Positions 28,155 to 39,973 of a stretch of DNA of 64,000 nucleotides are shown here, in pieces. The first letter of the stretch is position 1, and the number at the start of each line of letters is the position of its first letter. This DNA is from Klebsormidium nitens (Eukaryota > Plantae > Klebsormidiophyceae). The stretch is taken from assembly GCA_000708835.1 (NCBI GenBank), contig DF237035.1, forward strand, positions 131,899-195,898, in the 5' to 3' direction. The notes under the pieces are model-generated. The model did no database searches, had not been told where the DNA came from, and saw nothing but the letters and a program-made list of their open reading frames with translations. The position numbers and the translations under genes are program-made.

Positions 28155-29076
28155 TCGCCCAGATCAAAGACCGGTTCCAAACGCCCTTCTACCTACTCCA
28201 AAGCAGGGTACATTGAATGATTGATACGCATACGAAAGACGCAATGCTGTGTTTCATTCGCCCCTATTCGCGTCAACGCAGGCGACCATGCAGCCATATG
28301 CCAATCTTTGGGTTGCGCTGCTTCCCGGTGCCTTTGGGACAGATACTCTCAGCACCGTCCGATCCTTAGAGCGCGCGCGCTAAGACCGAGTGCAGCGGTT
28401 GATTTTAACAATCATGTCATGACTCATGACCAGTGCCGCTCAAGCAGCCTCAGATAGGTAGTCCTAGGAGACTGCCGTAATCATCATCTTACTGTACCGC
28501 GACGTGGCTTGCTTCTAGTTATCTTGATTGCAGGTTTCGCAACAAGGCTGTCAAGCTCTTCAATCTTTAATATCATCCGAGAGATTCTTCAATAAGCCTG
28601 CAGGAACCGGCAATTTTGCTTGCTGTTTTGATTGCAGGGCCCCCAAAATCATGGTCCAATGTCCCAGGCCAATTATCAGGCTGAGGCAGAGCTTGAGAAC
28701 AGCATGCATTGCATGGCGTCTTACTTGGGACCACACGCTCGCGAGATCATCGGACATTGACAACGGTCCTGGGAACGATTCCAAGCGTAATGCTTAGGGT
28801 CCTTAATGACGTTGGAACTAATCAATCCCCTGTGGGCAGCATTGCACAATTTGCAGACTGGCCGCCATCAAGGAGATCATCCCTGTTGGTACAACGTCTT
28901 TCCAGGAACAAAGACATCTTGAACCAAGGTTGCTGGGAAGTTTAAGCAACAGAATCCTTCCTTACAGTCTCAAGATTGCAGTATCGAGCTGTTAGCTCGA
29001 AAGCCACGAAGGTGTTCCTACTCTCGAGAATCATCGACAAGATCTCGGTCTTTGATTGTATTGTTCGTTATCGAAG

Positions 29077-32000
29077 ATGGCTTTGCACAGTGCTAGCTTG
29101 AAAGTGGTGCTGGACTACGAGGCAGTGCGCAGAGCCACCAACAACTTTGCGCCGTCGCAGCAGATTGGTAACGGCGGGTTCGGACCGGTGTACCAGGTGG
29201 GCTCCCCTCGGACGCCCGACAACGATGTGACTGTCCTTCGGAGTGTCCGAAATGACTCAGAATGAGCTAGCTGACACCTGTGGTCCGTGCGAGGTCTGCC
29301 GAGAACGCACCCTCAGGAGTCTCCACGAGCTACTCAAGAGAAAGCGGACACTCGTGTTCTACTTTGAAGTGTTCCTCAAGTGTTTTTCAAGTCCTCATTC
29401 GTTCAATCCCTGCTTCATGATTGGGAGTTGTAAGTTTCCTCATCATCCCCAATGTCAGACGACACCATTCCGCCAACTGTGCCTTTCACCATTACCTCTA
29501 CCATCTTTTTCACCCGACTGCTGTGCCCACCCTTCGACAAAAATCCAATCTCTCAACCGCTGCTATTTTCAGGGCACCCTTTTCCACACGCCCGTTGCGG
29601 TGAAGCTCCTGAGCAAGGACAGCTCTCAGGGGGTAGCCCAATTTGAGTCCGAAGTCCGCCTGCTAACCGCGCTCCGCCACCCAAACCTCGTCACACTTCT
29701 GGGGGGCGCCATCGGTCCGGGGGGGCAGCGATGTTTAGTTTATGAGTTGATGAAGGGGGGAAGTGCGGATGATTACCTGCCGTTTACCTTTTCTGGGGGG
29801 GGAGCGATTGGCGGTATGAAGCGGAGGGGGTTGATGGGATGGCGGCAGAGGGTGAAGGTTTTGGTGGGGGCAGCACGGGGGCTGCAGTTCTTGCACGAGG
29901 CGAAGCCCCCTGTTGTGCACCTAGATTTCAAGGTGAGGGGGGGTCCGGTGGCGGAAGCTTTGAGACACTGACTGTGTTTCACCCTTAAGCTGGAGGTAAC
30001 ATGCGTACTCGACGTTTTGTTGATCATTCTGCAAAGTGGGGTCGTTGAGAGGCAGAAGATTGTTGGAAGCCGCTGAAGCAAGTTAAGCCAGTCAATCATA
30101 AGTACGAGATTAATGTTGGATTTACCACTAATTTCAAGTTGATATTTCTGTAGCCATGGGAACGACGAAGGTCTCTTTTCCGCGGGTGCGACTGAAGAGC
30201 AGTGTCTATGGGCGATGGCGAGACCATGCCTTTTACACTTTTGGGCGGCCCAAAGCACGTCAAAGTGATCTCACTTGATATTCCCCCCGCTCTGTAAGCG
30301 GAGCCCCGACTCAGTCAAAGCCGTATCTCTCTCCTATATGAGAGCAGAGCCTATTCAAAACTTTCGATGCTTGAGTCCTTACTTTGCCTAACGCTTTTTC
30401 CTGCAGGGGTCCAACATTCTGCTGGACGAGTTCTTCAACGCCAAAGTGGGCGACTTCGGGCTGGCCCGCCAGGCCGCGCTCGCGCACCCCAGCAAGACGC
30501 ACGCGAGCACGCGCCACATGGCGGGCACGTACGGGTACATCTGCCCCGACTACGCCAGCACGGGCCACTATGACGCACGCTGTGACGTATACAGCTTCGG
30601 CGTGGTGTGCCTGCAAATGCTCACGGGGCTGCCGGCGATCACGGAAGAGGGGGCCACGCTCGCAGCGGCGATGAAGAAAGATTTGCAGGTATGGCCGTTG
30701 GTGACCTCACTTGGAGTCTGTGAGGTCTTTTGCTTGGATTCGGTGTGGATTCTCGGCTGAGAAAGTCTGCGTGGGAAAGAAGAAAAGGAAGATCTGGAAA
30801 GATGGTCGACCCGTTTCGGAAGCTCAGGATGACGCAATGATGACGAGGGCTTTGCAACGAAGAGGGTTGCTGACGGAGCGTGCCTTTTAGCGGAGAGACT
30901 GCGATGGTGGAGAGACGCTTGAAAGGGTACAGCCTGCTTCCTGCAGAATATATGGAGAAAGTTGTGCCCTTACTTTCGGCCGTTCTCAAAGGTTTCTATC
31001 GGCCTGATCACCCTCTTCTCAGAAGTCATCCCGTTGCGGAACACGTCTTTCCAGCACTCGTGTCCGCCTTGCACCAACTCCTTTTCTTATGTTCGTCCAT
31101 GTCCCAGAATGATGACGTGGCGTTTTCGCACGCCGATACGGAGGCCGCCTGGCCGCGCGCTGCTTACGTCAGGCTGGCCGCGCTGGCGTTAGCGTGCGTG
31201 CGCGGCCACCGCGCGAAGCGTCCCTGGATGGGCGAGGTCCTCGACCAGCTGGAGAAACTAGGCGACGGCACTTTCGACGAACTTTCGAACGCGGGGGAAG
31301 TCACTGGGCGGAAAACTTCCAACGTCGAAGAGAGGAGGGGCCATCTGAGGGCTGTCGACGCAAATGGTCGAAGCAGGGTTGGAGAAACTAGAGAGAGCGG
31401 CGAACGGTTTGCTGAGGGGCCGCGCTTCGATACGAAGCAAAGAACGGGCGACCGAGCTTCTGTCAGCGGTTCGGAAAACACAGCCGGGGGGTCCGAGCGC
31501 GGGGGAATCCGACCCCCCTACTCCGCGAACTACGACGTTCGGCTCTCTGAGTACGAAAAGGACGTCGTCGGCCCGAGCGCGCTCTGGGCGCCCGCGCGGC
31601 CGGCCGCGCCCAGAAAGTGCGCGCGCAAGAAAGGGGAGCAGATGGCCGACGAGGTGGAAGGGGTTCTGGAACCGAGAGAAGCCCCGGAAGTCAGCTGGTG
31701 GCCACGGAGCGGGGGGCAGACTTTGACGCTGGACGATATCCCCCGGAGAGAGGGAGTCCACCCGGGGATGCCTGCTGCGGGTGGTCCCAGGTAGCGCCAA
31801 TTCTTAGATTCCCTTTGACAGTGATTTTCCAAAAGATTCCTTCGTACGCAAGGCAACACGAAAATTCAGAGCTCTATCAATCGCTTGCGCCCTTACTTAC
31901 GGACCTTAACCGTATTTGAAACATTCGGAAAGAAGCCAAAGACGTTGTGACATCGTTTGAGCGCGCAGTTCTGATCTCTTTACAACTTTTTCTTCTTTAA

Positions 32001-32668
32001 TTGAAGCCGTAGTGGACTTGCTTGCGGAGTTTGTCAAAACCAATTTAGCGTAACGGTCTTCAGTGTTAGTTTGCTTGTCGGATAGCGTTCTAGAGTGACC
32101 CCGCAGTCGTTAAACACAGGTTTCCGAGCAAACGATCGAACGAGCTTCTCGTCGTAGAAGCAGTCTCAAGCCACTATGCAGGACATTCATCCAGAAACTG
32201 ATCAAATTAACGGCGCATCAGTCCTTGACAGAGTGCTTGGAGCCTCAGGCGATGGAAGCAGTGCTGTTCCCTCAAAACGCTTCACCTGTTGGACTTCCCT
32301 GAAGCACAAGGCTACAGACACCCCCTCGAGGACCTCAACAGGACTTTATTCTGTTCCCTAGGTGTTTCCATGCTCACTCCACAAGCCCAAAGTCACCAAA
32401 CTTCGGCGTCATGACCGCCTCTTGACGCGTCCGACTCTGCGTCCGTTTACAAACGAGGCTTGTCCACCTGCAGTGATTGAAGCAAATGGATCTTATCATC
32501 TCTTTTTGGTTCTGCTGCTGCAGCGGCGGGCCGATGCGGGGCGGCTTGTCACAGTTCGCCATGTTCCCGCCGTCGCATCTCCGGGGAGCGTCCCCAGCCG
32601 TCCGATTGGCATCGAGCTCTTCATCTAGCAGCAGCCAGGGGTCGCGGTGTGGACTTGTGCGCAGATGA
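29077..32668 (+). CDS. Receptor-like cytoplasmic kinase (Pelle/IRAK-RLK family), non-RD, ~529 aa with low-complexity C-terminal tail
   Basis: Exons 29077-29196, 29573-29932, 30407-30688, 31108-31790 and probably 32524-32668, all in phase. Motifs ATNNF...IGNGGFGPVY, VAVK, FESEV, LRHPNLVTLLG, HLDFKGSNILLD, DFGLAR, GTYGYICPDY, DVYSFG, RPWM. No signal peptide or TM segment seen. If the 31790 donor is not used, the ORF stops at 31794. Confidence 0.9.
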
Positions 32669-33540
32669 CAGAAACCTGTCTCTTTTGAAAGTGTCAATTC
32701 GGTCAACGGTGCTTGGAAGCTTCTTGAATGAGGGCGTGGGATGAATCCGCTGGCGAGCCCGCGCATAAGAAGGTGACACATGGTAGCATGGCATTATACG
32801 TTTGGGTGCTGTCAACCGATTTTGATCATCAAGTTGCTGAATATCGACCGTAATACAGGTTTCAAACATAACACCTTGGAACCCAAGGGTGAATATCATG
32901 CGTAATTTGTGTACGTGTGCAATAGCTAATACGTGGCCAAGAAGAGACACGCCGCCGTGGATATACGCAACATTCGAAATACGTGCAAATACCTAGCCAT
33001 ATTTGACTTTGAACACTCCTGTTGCATCGATGTTACATGCTGCAAACTTGTTGCTTGAACTTGCGCCGATCTGCAAGTGATTATCTATTGGCCTGCGCCT
33101 TAAAAAAGGACCTTTTGAGATCCTCGAGGCCGTACCCAGAAGAATTGTCCGAGGAGCCACGAAGAGGACCAAGAATCACAGAGCAGAAAGTCGAGGGCTG
33201 CGTCCTGACTGCAGTAACTAGTAAAGGCTTCGAGATTCAGGAGTGTATATGCTCGAAGGGTTTGCTGACGACCATTTCACACGAGCGCCAGCATAAGCAC
33301 GTTCATTTCCCCGTCATACGAGCCTGCAGAAAGGCCCGGTCTTTGCAGCCTATAGAATCAATTGAAGTGCTCGTACATGGGGTATGCGCATGCGAGCTCT
33401 GTATTAGCGCCACAGGCAAAACCAGATGCTGGAGGTTCGCGCATCCTTCACGGCAACATATCTATGTCCTAATCGTCCTCAGGCCTAAAACTCCACTTGA
33501 GTTTGAAAGAATAGCAGCCTCAGCAAGCTTCTAGATTATG

Positions 33541-34220
33541 ATGAGGCATGGAATTCTTTGGCAGACGTATGCGTGCTCATTCGTGGACCGTCAAGTATAC
33601 TTTTGTCGCCGTTCCGTCCTGTCCCAGCAACAATCTGCTCTACTGGCATGCATCTACTTCATGTATTGGTTCACTGATGCACATGAGATGATATGAAACC
33701 CATGCATCGTCAAGTCTGCTTCATGCAGTGCATTTGCATTGATTTTTACTGAACTACGTCTGCAACCGCCACGGTGCACCATTGACGAAAATGTACTGAA
33801 GGATCTTTCGACTCTCATGCAAAATAAGTAGACGGTACACCTCACATGCATGCCAGCACGTACTGACACATGCATCAACTTATGACACGCTCCGAGTCAT
33901 ATATGGCCGCCATGCCTGCACAGAACTTTGGTCGAGCTTGGGGCCGGTCATTGATCGATGTATCATGCCATGCATATCTTAGTATGACGGTATATCATGC
34001 ATGTGCACTCTACAATCATACTTGGTTGGACTTTTCTAATCAAGCAGCCGTGAGATCCTTGAGTCGCTTTTAATATGGACACTTTTCATCCATTGATGAA
34101 GTGAGCTTCAGGAAAGATGTCAATGCATGCCAGCACGTATATGCAACGCAGCGCCATGCAAACTTTCTTCGGAGCGCAAGCATCTGCTCTACAAATGCGT
34201 ACTAATCATGCACTCAATCA
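33541..34220. other. CATG-dense zone between convergent 3' ends (kinase / PIF-like), with a 17-bp direct repeat
   Basis: About 18 CATG in 680 bp by manual count; ATGCATGCCAGCACGTA at 33846 and 34123. Confidence 0.65.
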
Positions 34221-34655
34221 AAAATCTAGATCCAAGTCCGATCTGGCCAATTTGGGATTGGTGCTGAGACTGAGACGGGAAACTGAGACGGGAATATTAT
34301 GATCACAAATTGCACGAGACTAAATCACTGTAGCTTCCAGACCGCCCATAAACTCAACAATCTGGCCGGAATCTATGAATGTTTCAACCTGGTTTTTGAA
34401 AGAACACGTAAACAGAAAACCTCTATTGGTTCGTTTCAGGAGCCATTTTACCCCTGAAATGCCATTTTCGATCTTGCAGCAATCTATAACGCTGACAAAT
34501 TTGAGACAGTCTTTATTGCGGACGCCACCTAGAGAAAGCAAAATTTTCTCCAAGAGCTAAATCTGCTCAATGGGAATGGCCGGAAAACCCCCAGACATTC
34601 CCCAAACGAAATACTGGTACACAACGAAACTGTTGGGACAAGATTGCATCTCAAT

Positions 34656-37600
34656 CTACTGCCGACCCCCTTGGTCAAAACGGGGCGAAGGTTGCTGCGA
34701 GGGGTGCCCATGTCCCTGGTACCCCTCGTACAAATCCAACCTCGGATGGAAAGGCCCCGCTTCTCTTTGCTGCTCCTGAGCATTGTACATTTCACGGTTG
34801 CTGTCCCCGTAAGGCCTCCCAGGTTTCATCTCCGCCCCCTCCTCGTGCTGCATCATAGGACTGTTCGCAAACATGGGGTGGTCCAAGAACGGCATGGAGT
34901 GCATGCCCAAGGGTGGATGCATCGACGGCATGGGGGGTAAGTGCGCGCTGGGGGGGTGCATGGGTGGCAGGGAGAAGCCCGGCATGCCAGGGGGGGCGGG
35001 GGGGTGGGGCGCGCCGGGGGGAAGGTTTGCAGCAAACAGGCCAGTCCGCATGGACATGAACTGCAAGAAGCAAGCACTTTGGTCAGATTGGAAGTGATTG
35101 ATGCCTCACATTCTGCCCGAAACCAGCAAGGTGCTGACAACAGTGTGCATCAGTGCACAAGCTGGGGAGCAGCTCAAGCTCAAGGAGCACGCACTGACCT
35201 GACTGCAATGCAAAGCAGAAGTAGCAGAACATGAAGCAGGAACACAGGAAGAGCCAGCGCACAGCTAACCAGCTGAACCTTGGAAGACTTTCTGATCGAC
35301 GCTCACCTGCAACTGTGTCTGCAGATTCTTGAGGTACTCAATCGCCTCATCCAGCACACTGGCCTTGTCCGTCTTGTTCGAGTTGGGAATCAGCTCCTGC
35401 AGCGCGCGCATGCGGTCGTTGATACGATCCCGCCGCCGGCGCTCCGACTGGTTGTGCACCTCCGCTGCCCGGGACCGCTTACCCTTATCTTTGCCCCCCG
35501 CCTTGGCTGCCGCCCGCCCCTCCGTCTCGCCCGTGATCCACGTTCCCTCTGTCAGCGTGTCATTGTCCTCCTCCAACGCCTCTGTATCGCTCTTTGCGCA
35601 CCGCTCGCGTTTCCGCCCAACGGTCAGCGGGTTCTGCTGGTACGCCCGCGAGGTGGCCAGCGAGTCCCCCTCCGAGTAACTGCTAGTCACCGTGGTTTCA
35701 TTCACTGAGTCCCGCCCACCCGTGAGCGTCGACGCCTTGGCAGCATCCGGCAGGGCCCTCGAGCCCGACGAGCTGCGCTCCTTTCCTACCCTCCCCCCCC
35801 TGGGAGCAACAACCGGGCTGTGAGGAACTGGCCCCCGCTGCAGAAGCGAAGCCCAGGCGGGCGCCCTGACACTGGGCACATGTGTTGCTCCTGGCGCAGG
35901 GCCGTTCGTCCGCTCCTGTGACAAACTGCTGAGCACGACCGAACCCTCCTGCCCGGACGGCCCAGCATCCATTGACTGCCGCCCCAACCGCATTGCCTCT
36001 GCTGCCATAGCATGCTGCTGCATGAATGATTGGGGAGGGTAGCACGGCACCCCTTTCCCAGCCTCGTACAGCGCTCCCTCAGCGGGCTTGGGCTGAATCT
36101 GCTTGAAACCGGTGCGGGGCCTGTCGGGGGGCAGCTGAACGGGCGAAATTTGCCCCCGGCCCCAGCGCTGCATGTCATGCCGGTGCTGCTGGTCCCTCAT
36201 CAGCTGCTGCCGCTGCAAGTGCGCCGACGCCTCTGCCTGCTTCTGCACCAGTTCCGCCTGGAGCTCCTTCTGCCGCTCCTCCAGGCTCTTGTCCCCCCCA
36301 AATCGGTGCGCCGGCGGCGCGTTTCTCTCTGGCTGGCCCACGCTGAGCTCCCCGCTGCCACTCCCCGCACGCTGCAGGGGGTTGCTGGAAACCCTTCCTT
36401 TACCATCAGTCACCATGCTTTTAGGGGAAGGGAGGCTTTGCTCACTCCCCTGGTTTGGCGCGACCCCCTGGCTTTTCAACCCGCCCTGGTTCTGAGACCC
36501 CCCAGAGTTTTGCGGGTTCTGCGACCCTGCAGAACCCTGTTTCCCGTCCTTGCTGTGGGGCGCCCTCCGTCGCCCCAGGTTTCGGAGACCCTCCCTCCGG
36601 CTGCTCTGGCTTCAACTGCGCCGTTTTCTTCGACTCCTTAGCTTTCAACTTGGTCCCCGCCCCAACTCTTGTAGCAGCTGCCGCTACCCGACTCCTGTCA
36701 AAGATGGATGGGTACACCTGCTGCCTTGGGAGGGGGGTGGGCAAAGCCATGCTGACACCCCCCCCCTGGGATGCGACCGGCGCCCCTTTCTCGCTGGCAG
36801 GCATGCTCCGAGTGGAGGCCGTGGGCCCTGTAGAGGCCGGGGCGGTGACCCAAGGAGTGCTCTGGGCCTGCGTACGCACCCGGGACAGGGCCTCTGGGAG
36901 GGAGCTTGGCAAAAGCCCTGAAACCCTAGCAGCGCCTTCGGCGAGCGCGGCTGCTGAGTTGGCAGCGCGGGCAGACGTTTGACCCCCGTTTTGCGCAGGC
37001 TGGGTGCCAAAGGGGTTGGCACGGACGAACCGGGTAGTGGTCAGACCAGAAGCAAAGCTGTCCTTGTAGGCCTGGACCGCAACAGGTTGGGCGGGCAGGT
37101 TACCAAAACCCTCCCCGCAGTAGTCTGTGTCCATGGACTCGTCAGCAGGATACTGCAGAGCAAGAAAGCGAATAGTTAGGAAGACTGCTTGCGAAGGAAG
37201 GTGCACAAGACAGCCTCAGGACCAGCGTAACCTGTTACCCCTAGAGCAACCAAGAGCAATATGAAGGTACCAAGCAACTCAATAACAAGGGCAGGAATGC
37301 AGGATCAACGACTGTGCTTCTGGCACAACAGGAATATCGTTGAAGCAGGAGGTAGACTTTGCACAGCTCTAGTCCAATGTGCTTAAGCAGACTGTGCGCA
37401 AACCCTTCCCTTGGCCACAGCCTCCAAGCAACTGCAAGCTATGCAGCATGATGCAGAACAGCAGGGCAGAAAAGCAATCACCAGACCAGAAGGTTACCTG
37501 CAGCCACGACTCCATTTCGTCGTGCGCCTCCTTTGCTTGCTGCGCTGCAAGCGCACTGTTCCCATGCTGCTCTTGCTGGTTCATCTCCTCCTCCAGGGCC

Positions 37601-38503
37601 CCCATTCTGAGCTCAGGTGCAATACCATCGCCATCCATGTGCTCAGTCCACAGCCCCTTTGTGCATTCTATCATCCCGCCATGCTCCTGCCATCCGGCCA
37701 GGTCGCCAAAATCGGAGAGAGGACTGCAGACGCAAGTGTACACAAGGTGATTAGAGGGTGTTCTGCCGAGTTCAACCAGGCTCCTCTTCTGCTTTGTTCC
37801 CTAACAGATTCATTCCCTACCCTGGGAAAAACCAGCAATATGCCAATGCAGACACTCTCCTACTACTTCAGAACAAGCTCGACGATGCGGTAAACCTGAG
37901 GAATGCAGGGCCAGAGAGGCGGAGGAGGTAGCTCCGCAAAATGGTCCAGATTGTCCTCTGCTCAACCCCACAATGCAGGGGCATATGACATGAGGGCAAC
38001 TAATACCCTTGCAGGATGTACTCGAAGGGCGGTGGCAACCTCTTGCCCAACCTCTTCCCTAAACGGCCCGGTATTACTCCACAATACTACCCGCAGTACT
38101 TGCACTGCTGACCCAAGTCCACCACGCCTCAGGCGCCCCCCCTCCAGAATAGCGAGCAAAAATGTACCCCAGCAGAAGACAACAAATCTCCCTTTCTGAC
38201 AGAGATGCTGCCCTGTCAAACTGTACTTGCACTGCTACCTTGCTGACCCCACCCGCACCTTGCCTGGTGACAAAGCCCAAGCCTAAGCTTACACCAACAC
38301 TCGTGCATTCAGAAGAGGCATCTTGGAGGCAGCATGCATCTGCTAAAGGCAACTCACTCGAGCCCCGCGCTCGCCATCTCTTTGCTGCTTGCAAAGCCTT
38401 GCTTCGACATTGCCATGTCCGTTTGCTTGTACACTGTTGGCATGTCCATTGGTTTAAACACCGAGTCAAACTCTCCATGCCAGTCAGGCACACAATGGCC
38501 CAT
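34656..38503 (-). CDS. PIF: PIF-like bHLH transcription factor (bHLH subfamily VII), ~873 aa if a 1-nt frameshift in exon 3 is corrected
   Basis: Exons 38503-38358, 37723-37498, 37152-35307, 35060-34656. N-terminal [22 protein letters not shown], b[61 protein letters not shown] followed by FMSMRTG and a Pro/Met-rich tail. Exon 3 is 1846 nt (3n+1) although its flanking phases need 3n. Confidence 0.88.
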
Positions 38504-39711
38504 GTCCTGCAAGGCAGAAAGCCAGCTCTTCTTCAACCTGTGTGGGATGCTTCTGTCGCTGTCTGCGACCAAGGCATCGTCCAACATGTGGCAGTGTCAC
38601 TCCAACGAGCTCCACCCTCTCGTGCATGCGATACGTCTTGAGTTTCCAAGGCTGTTGGCAGCTTTTACTTTTCCACTCTGTGATCCACCAAGGAAATGCA
38701 AACCCGTCGAGTTAAAATAGCTGAATCTTGTGCAAGAACTTCCAGCGGAGGGCCCAATGATAACGATACAGCTAAAAATTCTGCTCGACGATCATTGCAA
38801 ACCCGATGCTCAGCTAATCCAGTGTCATTTGCCTGAGACTAGCGCCTGAGCAAAGGCAATCTTAAAACCAATACGATCCCGGATACTGGTTAGAAGCAGG
38901 CCAAATCATACAGAGTGCTGCCAGAGACGCTGGGGCTTGAGCTGGAACAAGGGGAAACCATGTGCAGGCTTCAGAACACCAGATGCAGCAATAAGGGATT
39001 CCCGTCAGCAGGTTTCCACAGTCTCACCTTGAGCAACAATCTCTGAATCTTGCTTGCTTCTGCCTCAGCAGAACTGCATGCTCCTGAGACCTTCTGCCTT
39101 CAGACCTCTCCTGCCTCAAATCGCCCCTGACGACAATCACAGTCAGCCCTGGTTTCTGTATTGCGCATTAAGCGGGCCAAACCTACTCAAAGTGCTCTTT
39201 CAAGCGGTTGTTTGCAACTCAACCCAACCGCAGATATACCATCTGAGTTAAGGCTTGATGATGCAGCAGAACCTGGTGCAAACCCTGACAACGCAAACAA
39301 GGGGATCTGATGTTGTGCCTCCCTGTGCGGCTTGCCTCCGCAACGCTCTGCCTCTACCAGAGCATCCCTTCGACGAAAGTCACCAAACAGGGGGCATCCA
39401 AAAGCGGCGCAAAGGAGCTGGTTCCGACCAACTTCACCAGCACTGCAAACCCCAACGACGCCAGACCCTCAGCTCAAAACCTGACAGCCTGGACGCTTGT
39501 GGCAGACATTGCTCAGCCACTAGCTTGCCTCGACCTCTCTTCCGGCATCATTCCCGCAGCCATGTCCAGACTCCAGACCTGAAATCTGCTGACTGAAACG
39601 CGCTCTGACAGGATGTCGTTTGCACTCTGCTTGTGCTTGAGCGCGAGCGGATTATGGGGCCTGCCAGAAGGCGTTTCCCGCTAGTACCGGACCTGAGCGA
39701 TGTGACCTGTA

Positions 39712-39973
39712 CTACCGTACCAACACGCCGGTTGGGCAGATCTTTGCCCAACAATTGATTACGTATGTTTTGAAGGGTGGGCTAACTCATTTTGGACTTT
39801 TGAGAATTTAATAGATTTGGAATATTTGCAGGAAACCCTTTTTTCACCAACCAAAACAGGTGAAAGATAAAACATTAAAATTTCCATATATTGTAGATCT
39901 GGGCACAGTGAATAAAACAATATTTCAAAGTATAGAAATATTTTACCCATGACCGGCGTGTTGGTACGGGTAG
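39712..39973. mobile_element. MITE, Tc1/mariner (Stowaway-like) type, ~262 bp
   Basis: Left end CTACCGTACCAACACGCCGGT (39712-39732); right end ACCGGCGTGTTGGTACGGGTAG (39952-39973), its reverse complement with one extra G; TA on both sides (39710-39711, 39974-39975); AT-rich non-coding interior. Confidence 0.8.

Noticed and set aside
30880-31107. 76-codon open extension upstream of kinase exon 4
   Set aside because: It is intronic: the phase-0 acceptor at 31107 restores the kinase C-lobe, and the alternative acceptor near 30946 is out of phase.
33022-33534. 170-aa plus-strand ORF, and weak LRR-like fragments on the opposite strand
   Set aside because: No recognisable homology, no supporting splice structure or coding-type GC3 bias; the opposite-strand frames contain several stops.
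35280-37022. Multiple long antisense and alternative-frame ORFs over the PIF-like exon, and similarly over other GC-rich exons
   Set aside because: Expected shadow ORFs of GC-rich coding sequence; no independent gene signals.
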